From Amphiscolops sp. MND2022 (taxonomy: Eukaryota), in assembly GCA_964187785.1 (NCBI GenBank), contig OZ076409.1:45634001-45698000 (forward strand): 64,000 nucleotides of DNA, read 5' to 3'. The notes under the pieces were generated by a model. It was not told the DNA's origin, searched no databases, and worked only from the letters and a program-made list of their open reading frames with translations. This document shows, piece after piece, positions 9,641 to 24,600 of this stretch. Numbering within the stretch: the stretch's first letter is position 1; each line of letters begins with the position of its first letter. The translations under genes and the position numbers were made by a program.

Positions 9641-12600
9641 TCATTTTCTAGATATACTCAGAAACGCTGCTTCCTCGGTTGGTGAACGCATCATCGGTCA
9701 TTTTGCAAGAGTCTGTGGATGAAATCCAATTATTCAATGGAGCAAACTTCGTGGAGTACTCTATTAAATTCGGTTATGACAACTTTATGCGTCTGCTCGG
9801 CCGTACCTTGTCGGATTTCTTCAATGGACTGGATAATCTTCATGCTTACTTCCACCAATCGTACCCCGAGATGAAACGGGTGAGCTTTGTTGTGAGTGAA
9901 GAGAGTCGTAATGGGTTGACGTTACATTACAGGAGCAAACGCAAGGGGTATAAAAACTACGTGCAAGGTCAAATCATTGCAGTTGCCAAACTTCTATTTG
10001 ACAAGGAGGTCAAAATTGAGATCAAAGATGAAAGGTTGGTGGATGGGACAACGTTTGTGGAATTTGACGTCTTCTTCGACAATGCGGAGTATACAAAAAG
10101 GTAAAAATCGATTACGTATCAAAACTGCAAATTACTTTTTTTCCTGCGATCAGGTTAAATATTCTAAGAACCAATATTTAAGACGTCCACGAAGTCTGGA
10201 GGGATTAACCAATTTTTTGAAGGAAGAAAAATCATTCATTGGTCCCGATGTTGTTTCGGTGTCGCAATGCCAATTATAAACATGGACAATTTCAATTACG
10301 TTGGTTCAGTGGGTCAGTTACACACTGCCAATAAGTAGGTCAGAAGTTTCTAAATTTTGGGGTCTTCCATACTTTTTTGGGATTTTCCATACAAGCATAG
10401 TAAACTGAAAGGGACTAAACTTCCTTTATTCAATGGGTCTTTTCATTAGTCCCATATTTTCCGACCATATGGGTATTTGTTTATATTTTCTGACTCAATA
10501 GCACCTTTTAATTTTCCGCCCACATGTAATTATGAGATTACATTATGTCATTATGAGACCTACTTTCATTTGTTTGGGAAGACTTGGATGGGGGGGGTGT
10601 TGTTGGATAAGAAACAGTATTTATCTGAGGGAGGATAAGGCACATGGTCCAAACTTCGTTTTTAGTTCAATAATTCAAGATCGGTATTCCATAAACTACT
10701 GTTTTCGGTTTGATAAAGTTACAACTTCGTATAGACTATTTGTTACAACTTTTCTTGATGTTGCTCACGACAGGGATCAAAATAGATCCTTGCCAATACC
10801 CTGGCTCAAAATACCCAGACCAAAATAACAAGTTATCCAATCATTCCGGTGACTGTGCTCACGACAAGGACCAAAATTAAAATTAGTTAGGCAACTATTA
10901 ATGAGGGCTGCTTTGAAATTATGTTTTGTTAAAATAGGAAACCTGTTGACAGATCAATCAATTGTACTAATTAGAAGCTACAAGGTATTTTATTTGCACG
11001 TGAATGCGTGGATGAAACACACGTGTTCACGTGTGCAACTTGCATTGAATGCAGTTTATACGTACTATGCACGGTAGAGCTCAGTAATGATAACTAATTA
11101 TTTATTGAATCATTGTTTACTTTGACTGGTTTACGATGCTGTGGTATGAATTGGAATTAAAATGAACACTGAGTTTTGAATGCATATAAACATGGTGTAA
11201 GTTAGTCAAAACTTTGACTAACTTCCACTTATTGCAAGTATAGCGATCTGCAATTTACAAAAAGCGGAAGTTAGTCAAAGTTTTGACTGAATTACGAAAA
11301 AGAGTCTTTTTGGACTAACTTCACTTCCACTTTTCACTAACTACGTGTTTTGACTAGCTTACACTATTTTCCATTACGCGCGTTGACACAGCTACACCGT
11401 TGAAGCATAGAGCGTCTTGACTAACTTACGCTGAATGACCATTTTACGGATTACACAGATTACGCTGCTTGACTGAAATGCAGCTTACCGGTACGTGTAT
11501 CGTAATGGAGGAAAATCATGATCTGTGTTGCGTTTTTTTTCCAAATTCTGCCAAATCTCCACGATCTCCATCCACTACTTGACTATTTTTAGTCAGCGCT
11601 TCATGAAGTGAAACACGACTATTATAGTGACTTTTTTAAATCACACTAACTGACCAAAATAGTTCTTGCAAGTTCTACGAAAGTTTATGGTTCCAAATTG
11701 AATCATTTGGCCCAGCAAACTGGACAAAAAAGGTTTCCCTTTTTCCTCGTAACATCAAATACCGGGAGAAACTAAAGGGTTCCCCTTTCAGTTTCTTTCG
11801 GCATTGTGAGACTTTTCTCCCCGGTCACAGCCCGCTCCCGGTCTGGGTTGCCATTGCAGACGAGTGGGGATCGGAAGAGGCCATGGGTGCAGCCTGCGAT
11901 TCCCCATATGGTACTTCAACTACTAATTTGAAAACTTCAAACCACAATCTTAAACAAACTGTGACTAGAAATACGAAAACGCACGTCTAACTTACGTAAA
12001 GTTTGAACGAAAATGAGAACAGAAGCTAAAATGAACCAAAATGATTTCATACACTTCCGGCAGAACGTTTTTATCACGTCGAAATAGAAACATTCGTCAC
12101 CTGAAAACTTAATTAAGAATACGTCTTGAAACAAAGACCATAGACCGATCTAAATGGAAACATATCCAAAATAGTCAATCGGGAAAGAACAACAATCAGA
12201 TCTAAAATAGAAAATACATTGGGATGGCACGCCAAAACATTTACGCCTTTTGTAAGAAACGTAGCTTAGTTGCACTTTGAACAGCAATTAATGTAGAATA
12301 GGACGATCCGCGTCGCTGAGCAAACAAATGTTAAAAGTACATGCAAATATTACTATAATCGTGACGTCAGCATTCCGCCGCTAACTAGTTAACGAGGTAG
12401 AAAGTATTCCAAATCAGACGTCAGTGTGACGTCACAGCTATAACAGCTACCTAGATTTCATTCCAAATTTACGTCAATGCTACGTCCAATACCAGCGGAC
12501 TAAGGCTAATGCTAATACGTACGTCCGCGTTACGTCCAAAATCCATCAAAATAGCTGTTTTAGTCCATTCAGTATAGTGGAATGAGTACCGGTATTATGG

Positions 12601-15600
12601 AAATGACGGAAAGGAAACGTTTAAGGACGATTTCGAGCTCAACAAAGATAAGAACAAAACCTGATAGATTACGTCTGAGCCTCGTCAATTTGAGTACTGG
12701 CCGTTTGAAATCACGTTACAAAATAACCTAAATAGGGTTTTTCCTACTCTTTATGACTAAAGTCACTGTTTATTCTAGAAGAGAGTGTTGTTACTGTACA
12801 TTTTGTATAAACTGTTACAGACTTTGGATAGTATTTTGAATAACTTGACGTCGTTTTGACGTGTCCGTGAAGCAGTGAGATATGAACTGGAGGAAGCTAT
12901 CTTTTAAAAACATAATCATAATTTTTCTAATGCTATGCCCACATTTGTATCTTTTCCACTATAACTATGTTCATTGTTGCCTCAATTGTACATGAAAATC
13001 ACGTTCAAATACCTCATTATTTGTAACTACTATAGTGACTAGTTGTTTTGTTTCGTTGATCTAATTTGACGACATCAGGACGTTAATCTATAATTTCGTG
13101 AGTTATGAAGATTTACTTGCGAAGATTTGTACGCTTTGAATTTCCTGATTAACACGTCATATTCCCGTAACGTTCTAGCCAATTTTGAAATGGTCAAGTG
13201 CTGCAGTTAAATTAATTTAGTATTCTAATGTAAACGTTAATACTTCGTTGACTTGTTCTAATTAATTAACAATCATCTAAATTGAATTCAATTTAGAAAT
13301 CGTTGCTAATTCTATAACTTTTGTTTCTACTTTTCCTAGCATCATTGGAAATTCCAAGGCTGAAAACATTAGTCATAGCATTTTTCTTCAAGTGGAAAGT
13401 CAAAATCAGGTATTAGTTGTTCACGTCAGCGTCATCTCCGCGTCGATTTCTTACGAACCAAAGCAGCAAAACAGGGAAATATTTCCAGTTTGACAAATTG
13501 AAGTACTATCTACTTCCTGCTTGGGAGGAAATAAAAAGGACGCCGAGATGAAATTATATGATTATGCCTGATGACTAAAATAAAGCAAAGATTGTCGTGT
13601 CTCAAATATTGACAAAAAGTTGACGTAAAGTTGGGAACGAATGATTTTTTCATCGAAAATACAGGAAATGACTAATTTGTTCAAGGAAAATTGGGAATTT
13701 TAGTTATGATCAAATGATGCTCGGATGGTATATATACGATGATTTTAGTTGGCTGAGGGACTCAGTCTTTTGCAATTGTATAATTCTGTTGAATTCTCAA
13801 TTTGCCAAACTCTCTTTTTTCGCCTAACTCTGTTAGAAAACATTTCTGAAAGAAATTCAATTCTTCAAGATAAGACTTTTCTACAACAAAATGTCAACAA
13901 CAAGAAGGAATGATCAACAAAAAGGTGATAGAAACGTAAGTGAAGGTTTTGTTTCACCAATAGTAATGGAAAAACCCTGTTCCTCAAACCAGGACGTAGA
14001 AGTAACGGGTCCATCTAGACCAAAATCCCCTCGAATTGAAAATGGTCTCTTGGAGAATTTAAGGGTTTCTTTGAAGGAGGAAATAACTTCCGAGATCAAG
14101 AATCTCCTCATTGAATCTCAGAAGGAGATGTTGAAGCTTCTAAAACCTGAAACAAGGGAGAACGCTAGAGATAACTTCGATGAGGAAACGGAAAACGAAA
14201 CTAAGAGTTTTTACACTCCGACAAAATCAATTAGGATAAATTCTACGCAAAACGACCCGAATGTATGTCGTAACATCCCCAATTAATTTTTCTTCACCAA
14301 AAAGTCCCCCTTCCGTTTTTTTGATATTTTGCAACAATGGATTTTAAAAAATGCGAAAAGGCTCCTTTTTAACGCGTCGGGGGTTCGCGAGCCAATTCGG
14401 TCCGATTTTTTGTGTTTTTCAGGTACTGTAGAAGAAAACTTTGACACTTTGGAGTCCTTCTGCTATTTTTCAGCCTTAGATATGGCCCGACGTGGGCTGG
14501 TCCCGGCTTGTTAGAGTTACTAGTAATTAAAATAGTCAAGCAGTTACTAGTTTTAAACTCTCCATATCTCCACGATCTCCATCCACTATTTGACTATTAA
14601 CTCAATCCTCACGATCCCAATCTTTTAGTTACTTCGCTGTTTCAGTTACTATCAACCAGTAGGTTGCGGGTTCGAATCTCGACTTTTTTGACAAGACGGA
14701 AAATATCCCGGTGTTTAGCGGGCGTGTTGTTCCTAATCAACACTTTGTTGTTCAATCAATGCATTTATTCAGAAATGGGTGTTCAAAATGACCAAAATAA
14801 TTCGGTTAAGCTAGCTTTTATGTTTTGAAGGGTACGAAACATTAGGCATGAAGAAACAGCAACAACGGGTTTCAAATCTTTGACCTTGAGAAGAATAATG
14901 AATTTGACTTTTTATGATCAAATTGGAGAAATATCGCCGTCAGAGGAATAATTTTATGAATACACCGTAAGATTTTCTGTGACCGGTATCAATTTGTTGG
15001 TGGAAACGGAATATATTCCAATAGACTCTGTGTTAAAACTGGGCCCCTTAGTTTTCGTCTTCTACGTCAATGACCTACAAAAAGTTGTGAAGGACAGCCA
15101 AATAGTAATTGCTCAAACAACTACAAAATTGTCATGCCGCATTGCATGACTGAAAGTATCGACTACAATCCTTAGTCGTCACAAACTTAGAAAACTCAAT
15201 TATTAGTTACTAAATATCAAGAAGCTGCTAAAAATGGAAAAAAGACTGGCTTAATTGGTCGTCTTGTATTAAACATTTTTTCATGTAAATCAGTATAGTC
15301 CATATTTTCCATGTCATGAAGCATCGACTTGTACAATCCAGCAGTGAGTACCCATTAATGTGAAAGCATCAGAATATCATAACGAGTGTTGTTGTTAGTC
15401 ATCGATTATACTCGAGACGTCATGTAGTAGTACACTGTTCACAATCATAGAAGTTCAGCAACCATAGTTACCATGTGCAGTAGTTTAGTGCTATTAGCAC
15501 AGTGATGTGTGGTCCGATTGTTAGTATCTTAATCTAGTGGGTAGCAGGTGCAAAAAGATATTGCACAGTAGTATGCAGTAGTTAGTGACGACTGCAACAC

Positions 15601-18600
15601 GCTGTTGTAATTGACCCTGAAGCGATAACCAACCAGAAAGCAGTAACTGATGACGCATAAATAAAAGAGAGTACTCGCAAAGAGTACTAAAAAACTTCAG
15701 TAAGGCTTTGATTACCATACTGTGCAGACATCTCCAAAAACAGATTCTCTCAGATTTGAAACATTTCCATTCCTCATCAATTTCATTTAAAATTATTTGA
15801 ACAATCTCAATTCAATTCTTAAAACATTTTTTCAGTCATTCATTTGCGCTATCCGAAGTTAACATCGTCTTTCTGATGCCAACAACGACTACTTCCTACA
15901 GTCGTCAAATCGTCATTGCAACGGAACGAATGAGCAGCACTGTTTCAACTCATGCCTGAGCAAACAACCGATCGATGCCGACAACTAAAGTCCGCAACGG
16001 TATTTCCGAATTCCAATATTCACCATACCTCTACCAGCCTCAAGCGAACGACAACTAGTATCATGAGTCCTCACATAACCAATAACGATACGAAGAAGCA
16101 GTTCAACTTCAACACTTGCGCAAACTTGCAACTTTGAAGCGATGACGACTAATAACCACAGTCGTCACAAACTTCCAATTCCAACCTCAACTCACCATTG
16201 CTACCTCCAAGCGTCAGTGTCTTCAGTCTCAACTCAATATTTCACTCTTTTTAAAAGAAGCAGAGTGTCATGCCCGATTGCATGATTGAAAATGACGACC
16301 ACAATCCCTAGTCGTGACAAACTTAGATAACTCAATTATAATTCAACTAACATCATGAAGCTGCTAAAAACGGAAAACGACTGGCTAAAACGGTGGTCAT
16401 GTCATAAACATTTTTTCATGTAAATCAGTTTAGTGCATATTTTGAAGGTCATGAAGCATCTACTAATACAATCCAGCAGAGAGTACCCATTAATGTAAAG
16501 ACATCAGAATATCATAACGACTGTTGTTGTTAGTCATTGATTATTTTTGAGATGTCATGTAGTAGTACACTATTCACAATCACAGAAGTTTAGTAACCAA
16601 AGTTACCATATGCAGTAGTTTAGTGCTATTAACCCAGTGCTGTGTGATCCGATTGTAATAGCTTCATCTAGTGTGTAGCAGGTGCGAAAGGATTTTGCGC
16701 AGTTGTATGTGGTAGTTAGTGACGACTGCAACACGCAGTCGTAATTGCACTACAATTAACACCTGAAGCGACAACCAACCAGAAAGCAGTAACCAATTAC
16801 GCACAACAAAATGTGAGTACTTGCAAAGACTACTAGTGAACTTCAGTACGATTTTGCTTACCATACTGTGCAGACGTCTCTAACACTAGTTTCTCTCAGA
16901 TTTGACACATTCTCATTCCTCATCAAATTCCTTTAAAAGGGTCAAACAATCTCAATTCAACTCTTAAAACTAAAAAACATTCCTGTATGGTGATCACCAG
17001 ACCTCAGAGTACGAATAGCGTTGAAGTAAATAATTTCAATATGAGTGACAACTAGTATCATGAGTCCTCACATAACCAATAACGATACGAAGAAGCAGTT
17101 CAACTTCAACACTTGCGCAAACTTGCAACTTTGAAGCGATGACGACTAATAACCACAGTCGTCACAAACTTCCAATTCCAACCTCAACTCACCATTGCTA
17201 CCTCCAAGCGTCAGTGTCTTCAGTCTCAACTCAATATTTCACTCTTTTTAAAAGAGGCAGAGTGTCATGCCCGATTGCATGATTGAAAATGACGACCACA
17301 ATCCCTAGTCGTGACAAACTTAGATAACTCAATTATAATTCAACTAACATCATGAAGCTGCTAAAAACGGAAAACGACTGGCTAAAACGGTGGTCATGTC
17401 ATAAACATTTTTTCATGTAAATCAGTTTAGTGCATATTTTGAAGGTCATGAAGCATCTACTAATACAATCCAGCAGAGAGTACCCATTAATGTAAAGACA
17501 TCAGAATATCATAACGACTGTTGTTGTTAGTCATTGATTATTTTTGAGATGTCATGTAGTAGTACACTATTCACAATCACAGAAGTTTAGTAACCAAAGT
17601 TACCATATGCAGTAGTTTAGTGCTATTAACCCAGTGCTGTGTGATCCGATTGTAATAGCTTCATCTAGTGTGTAGCAGGTGCGAAAGGATTTTGCGCAGT
17701 TGTATGTGGTAGTTAGTGACGACTGCAACACGCAGTCGTAATTGCACTACAATTAACACCTGAAGCGACAACCAACCAGAAAGCAGTAACCAATTACGCA
17801 CAACAAAATGTGAGTACTTGCAAAGACTACTAGTGAACTTCAGTACGATTTTGCTTACCATACTGTGCAGACGTCTCTAACACTAGTTTCTCTCAGATTT
17901 GACACATTCTCATTCCTCATCAAATTCCTTTAAAAGGGTCAAACAATCTCAATTCAACTCTTAAAACTAAAAAACGTTCCTGAATGGTGATCACCAGACC
18001 TCAGAGTACGAACAGCGCAGAAGTCAAAATTACCAATATGAAGGATTATTGTGATAACGAAAGCGACGCCAGTTTGCACAAATTTACTCGCACAACTTGA
18101 CCACTGAAAATAGTAATCGCCATTCGAATGAACAAGAAAGGGACCATGAACAGATTCGTAATGAATGCAGATTTGGCGAAACGAACAGACAAATTGGCGA
18201 ACTACCTGGTCTGGTTAGGAGATTAACGGAAAAGTTAAAGAGACCAAAACGAGTCTAATACTCAAACTATCAGATTTATAAATCATTCTGACATGGTGAA
18301 AGGAGTCCCTGGCTTCTCCATTCCAACTCCACAACCAAACCAGCCAAGACTAACGACATTGGAACCCTAACGACATTCCAACCATCGCAGATACAGGACG
18401 TCATTTCAGAAATCCACACGCTGAGAAATACGACGGCAGATGGAATCTCTCAGCCAAAAATCTGCAAACTCAAAAGCAACTCTTCAAAGGACACCGTGAG
18501 AAATTCAATGAATTTGAACATCTACTTTCAAATCACCTACAGCCTTTCCCAATCAACAAACTGACCGAAGAACAGAACCCTAACTATTTCCAAAGCCTCA

Positions 18601-21600
18601 TCCGAGATTAAGCATTCGAGTTTGGCAAACCCTCCGAATCACAACGGAACGACAACCAAAAATGTCCGAGAGGCCTTCAGAAAACGAATACGCCAAAGAT
18701 GACCTCAAGGAAGTATCTAAATTTGAATTTGATCAGATGCGATACAACCCGTCATCTGAGTCGTTCACTGCCTTTCTAACAAGATTCAAACGAACAGCCG
18801 AACAAGCATTTCGCGAGAGAGCTAACGAAATAGCAGAGACGTTCCTCCTTGCCAAATTACAATCCAGCTACAGAACGGCCTAGCCGTAGCAGGCAATTTC
18901 GATGCATCCACTGAAAAAATAAAAGTATTTCTGCAGCGTAGATGCCAATACGCTCAGCTCATTCCGGACAGTGGCATCATGCAGCCCAACAATCAAGTAA
19001 ATCCTCAGACGGAAACAAAACCAGCCCAACCAAATCGAAAGCCAACAGAAAATTGTGGAGCAAAAAAAAGTTCGGTGGTAATTGCCGCCACTGCCAAAAT
19101 TACGGCCACAAACGGGCTGACTGCAGCGAGCGACTCCGACAAGAACCATTAGCGGGCACCAGCAAACAGCAACAAGGCCCAAATCCTGAAAATGACCAGT
19201 GCAAGCCACAATAAAACCCTAAATGTGTTTGCCAAAGTTTCAGATTAATAGACACTCAGCTGGAGATTGGAGATACCGCATACTAGGGGCATCAGCTTAC
19301 CGAATTGTTCCATATAGCAAACAGAGTCAATCGGAGAACAAAGAATTCCGCCGAGATTTCAAACTGGCACAAAATCAACAACGATCGATAAACGAAGTTA
19401 ACATAGAGACACAACGCTCAAGCGGAGAAGACGACCAGAGTGACTGCTTCGACAATGGTAATGAGACGAGGGATGTGGGTCATTCAAAAAACTTCCAAAA
19501 CCACGTCATCCAAAGACTACAAACAAAAGTGTGCTTCAACCAAACCAACTGAAGACTAATAAATACTCCAAGAATCACCTAGGGTTTCGGCAGCATCCCC
19601 AGAAGTTAACCACCACTACTAAAACTAAGAATTTGTAGGTCAAGAAACTATCAGCAGACAACTACCACATTCTATCTATGACTACGTACCCCACACACAA
19701 ACTAAATCAACCTACCTTGGAAAAGATGAACGACAGATAAGCTAACTTGTCAACAGAACGACAACCAATGAACATACCCCCAAAACGATGATGACTCCTC
19801 CAAGCAAACGAACAGCCTAACTCAATGGGTGAAAAGGTGAAGAATACAAACCCAATGAAGTAGAACCCTCCTGAAATCAAACAACTAGGTGCTACCATTC
19901 AACTGGACAAAGTAAGCCGAATGTAGTACGTCCCACTACAATTCAGGAAGTATTAAACCCAAGCTTGCTGGGCACAGGAGCAATCCAAAGTGCCATGTCC
20001 GAAAACGAACTCCGTCGGTTACTAACAGCACACATAGCAGCTCTACTCGGAAAAGACCCAGCTCCTGATATCAAAGTCCATATCGCAAATGGCAGCAACA
20101 AGTCTTCTTCGATTCTTCATTGGTTGGAAAATCGTTGAAGAAACATCCATGATTCTACCAATTGTGGGCAATATCCTCATAGGAAAGTCTTTTTTCGAAA
20201 AGTTTCCAGTTACACTTGAGCTGGACAAAAACATAGTCCGTTTCCCTGACATTTCCTTCAACTGCGACCTACAAATGGGAGATTCAAAACGGAAATAATG
20301 CGAATAGGCTCTTCTCAGAAAACAGTGATTCCACCGTTACAACAACTCTTGGTCCCAGTCGTCGCTGAAAATGACATTGTCACAGTCACAGGTACAACCG
20401 ATACGTTCCCCGCCTTCGAACGCCGCACACGACTCTTTGTTTCACCAGCACTCACAGAAACCAAAAACCAACTCAGTCACGTCCAAATCACAAATCCATT
20501 CGACCACATCATCATCCTACAACCTGGAACCACAGTTGCCGCGCTCAAAGTACTGACTCCGAACTAAGCCAAAACCGTGCAACTAATGACAATCGAACCA
20601 CTCAGTCTCAACACAAAGTACCCAGAAGAAGCAGACCAGACCCTCAACCAGCTGTTCCAGGATCCAGAAAACAAATCACCAAGACGATGGTACCATACGA
20701 CTAAGACGTGTGATAACCCCTCAACACTGAACAAAGTCGAACGACGAAACTACGATGAGATCTTCAAGCTCACGCAAGAGGAGAAGCTGGACCCTACCCA
20801 AGATAACGACCAGCGAAGGCAGTGTTTAGCAAACTTCGAGTGGGCAGACACAATCCTCACAGCCCAGGAACAACAACAAGTGGAAGCACTTTGAAAAATA
20901 TCATTCGGTTAAATATCACTCGATTGTTGCTCGACATCGTCTTGATATTGGTCTCAACACAGAAATTGGGATTAGGTTAACACCCAAGAACGACGACCCT
21001 GTCTACGCCTAAAATATGGCCACCCCTACTAATCGCAAAGACGACCTTTTAGTTGAACTAGCTTTGATTCAGGAATACGGTGTCATCACGACCCTAACGT
21101 ACAGTAAGTCCTCTTCTCCTATCTTTGCGCAACTTAAACCCAGTGGTAAGTTGGTTGATTTGAAAAGAATCAATCACCTTCTCATGAATGAGTACAACAA
21201 GCACAACCATCCATTAAAGACGATAGCAGACGCCGCGCAACACATGGCAGGTAAAAAATTTTTCGTACGCTTGACTGCTCCCAATTTTACCACTGCCTGC
21301 AAATGACAGATGAACAGTCAGTTGAACTACTTGTCTTCAATTTTGGTAGTCGCACATTTGCTTACCTCAGGTTAAACCAAGGTTTCAACAGGTCAGCTTT
21401 CAACAATGCGGTACGGGAGTACCTTGACCCACTAGTTGAAGCTGATAAAGTTGCCCAGTACGCCGATGATATTGGTTTTGCTGCTCACAGTGTTGACGAG
21501 CTAACTGCTATCATTGAAGCGGTTTTTCAGCACATACAGCAAGCCGGACTCAAACTGTGAATGTCTAAATGTGCATTTGGTCATTGTAAAATTGAGTTTT

Positions 21601-24600
21601 TAGGTAGAAGCATCACCGCCAAAGGGGTTGTCTCAATCGATGAAAAGATTGAGAAGTTCCTCAAAAACCCTAACTTACAACCTCTGTTAAATCACTTCAA
21701 CGTTACATTGGATTTGTTCAGTTTTACAGGCGATGCATACCGAATTTAGCAGCAAAACCTGTACCCAGTTTAAACTATTACAAAAGGAAGTAACTTTCAG
21801 CTTGACACAAGTTCACAAAGACTCAGTTTTTGATATCAACCAGAACTTAGCGAAGGCAGCGAAACTTTCGCTCCATTTAATCCTTGACAAGCAGCTAGTT
21901 ATTATGTGTGATGCAAGTGAGCATGCTGCTGGATATGTCCTACTGACCGAGGATTACACGGAAAAAGACAGTTCATCCCTCAAGTCATATGCATTTGTCG
22001 CCTTTGGCTCTCAACGGTTTACTTAAGGGCAAATGTCTCTAACATGGTATGGTAAGGAAGTTTTAGCCATGCACTCTGCTTTTGACGAGTTGGCCCATAT
22101 TTTATGGGAAGTCAAGAAACCAATCATTGTAATGACAGATAACAAACCTTAACCAAGTTCTTCAGTCTAAAAGGAACCCATCTAAGTCGTGGAATTTTTG
22201 CGATCAAACATTGCAGTTCTTTTTTGTTGTGGCACACGTTCCAGAATTCCTGCTGTCGATTACTTGTCACGTTTGAATATTAACCTACAAGACAGGATCC
22301 ACTTCAGGTTGAATACCCAGATCACTATGTACCTTATGGAGATTCACCTGGCAGCCAAGACGCCTACACAAGATGACTGCCAAGAAGACTATGACCCTGA
22401 TGAACCAAAACATCAAGAAAACACAGTTAACAAACCAACCCTTCAGTCACTGCTCAACTCAGTCCCTCAGTTTTCACACTAAACAACAGACGAATTCGAC
22501 ACGAAGTTGACTGAACTACGCAATTACTTTGATCAACATCTGCCCCCTGTTACGCCCTCAATGACATTCACCAGGTTTGTGCAGCCAAATAGAACGACCA
22601 CCCTGATAAGTCAGGTATGCCCGCAAGGGAATTCAAGTCTTGTCGAGGCGCAACTAGTCAACAGTGACGTCCAAAAATTGGTTGAAATCCTAAGCTGTAA
22701 CGAATCACAACCAAACCACGTCAACTTTGAAACTACTTTTTTCCAAAAACTGTTTAAGAACAAAAAATGCCTTTAAGTTGTCTACCGTGATTTGTACCGT
22801 AACCTTTACGAACCAAACTGATCATCCAGAAAATGCTCAGGCCGTAGTCAAGACACACGGTCATGAAAATCCCGGTAGGGACACCCTGGAGCCTCTAAAC
22901 TGTTGGTCGAAGTAAGAAAACAGTACTACGTGCCGAACTTAGCCGTTAACGTCCAAAACTACGTTAGCAACCGTTCTGACTGTATTAAGGCAAACCCGGC
23001 TATCGTCAGAGACCTCACACCCCTCCAGAAGATTTATTACCAAGGTAACTTTGTAATTAGACCAAGTAGGGGCGTTTTCAAACTCAAACGGTTACAAGTT
23101 CGAACTGACTGCTTGCGACTACTTCTGTAGGTACTTTTTTGCAATCCCGATCAAGAAACCAGACCCGAAATCCGTAATCCAAGCTCTAGTCCATGCAGAT
23201 GTTTACACAGCACGTATAGGTGCCCAAAACATTCACAACCGACAAAGGCACTGTCTTCACGTCCCAGATTGTGACTGAAATCATGAATTCGTCTGGCATC
23301 CAAATAGAACACGCAACTGTCAAACACGCCCAGACAAAAGGTTTAATTCAACGAATTCATCAAAAAAATGAAACAAATACTGAAAATAAACGTGCAGCTG
23401 ACACCCCTCAAGGGGTAAAGTCGTCAACATGACACACAACATCGCGCACCATGCGTCGTTGAAATGCTCACCTGCGGAAGTTTTCCACGGACGAGTTCCC
23501 TACAACGCTTTTGACTTTAAAGTCGGAAATCCAATCAAGGTGCGAACACACCAGTAGAACTCACAAAACACCTAGAAACAGTTAATGAAAAGTAAAAACA
23601 AACACAAACTAACTTTCTAGAAGCATTACATAAATACAAGGCTTACTAAGACCGAAAAGCCCAAGCAACTCCTCTGAAAGTAAATGATAACACTTTCCTG
23701 CTAAAACCAAAATTGTCAAATCAGTCAGAGAAAACAACTTTCGCGAGCGAGTTCAAATGGGGGGACTATATAAAGTAGTGAAGGTATTTTCAAGCTCAAA
23801 CTACATCGTCGGAAACGTGGGTAGCTTCAGCCCATTTACCCCGAACACACCGTTGGATGAAATTCTTGACGACCCAAACGAGCACTATGCCGATCCAGAA
23901 GCAGCTGAAGACTAGACGTATTGAACGAAAATCTACCTCCTAGAACCACCGGCAAGCCGCAACTCATCGAACAATACGAGGAAAATGATCCTGATGAAGA
24001 CATTCAAACCGAACCGACCATGGTCTAATCTGCTATGATAACAAAAAACGAACCTCCCCAATACCAATCAAATGACATTACTCTCGTCCACCCAACGCTG
24101 GAATAACTTCCAGAACAGACCAATGAATCGAATAATTCAATTCACACACGAAATAACAATTTCAGGTACAGTCTCCGGAAAAACCCGAAAGCCAAAACTT
24201 ACAACGTCTTCCTAGTACATGAGCTCCAAGTCAAACCAGCTTTACTTAAATTCATGCAAGGCAAGTCAGTCAACTAAAATTATGTAAGAAACCCGTAACT
24301 AGAACTACATGGTAAATGTCGGACATCTACATCACTCATTGGAAACAGATAAAGTTACCTCCATCACCTTGTTCTGATGATTAGTAGGCTTCGCCTCGTA
24401 TCAGAATGAGATTAAAGGACCCAAAAAATTCAGATGAAGGTGTCGTTGTATGTAAAATTCATGAAACCCATGTAACGACTAAATGTCAAGGACGTCAATG
24501 ACACACATCACGAGTGGTGACGTCCCAAGACACACATCAACGATGATGCCGTCATGAATAACGCGTCCTTTCGAAAAAAGTGCATGCAAATAAAAACGAT

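Larger units (their letters stand above)
11590..14512 (+). mobile_element. HINE/Helentron-like repeat interrupted by a solo LTR
   Basis: Head tagtcagcgcttcatgaagtgaaacacgactattatagtg at 11590 and tail gatatggcccgacgtgggctggtcccggcttgtt ending near 14512. Confidence 0.7.

Noticed and set aside
11555..14598. Duplicated 35-bp atctccacgatctccatccacta...gactatt on both sides of the HINE, considered as a long TSD
   Set aside because: The right copy is about 50 bp away from the element end and a further degenerate copy follows. It is more likely an internal repeat of an older host element.
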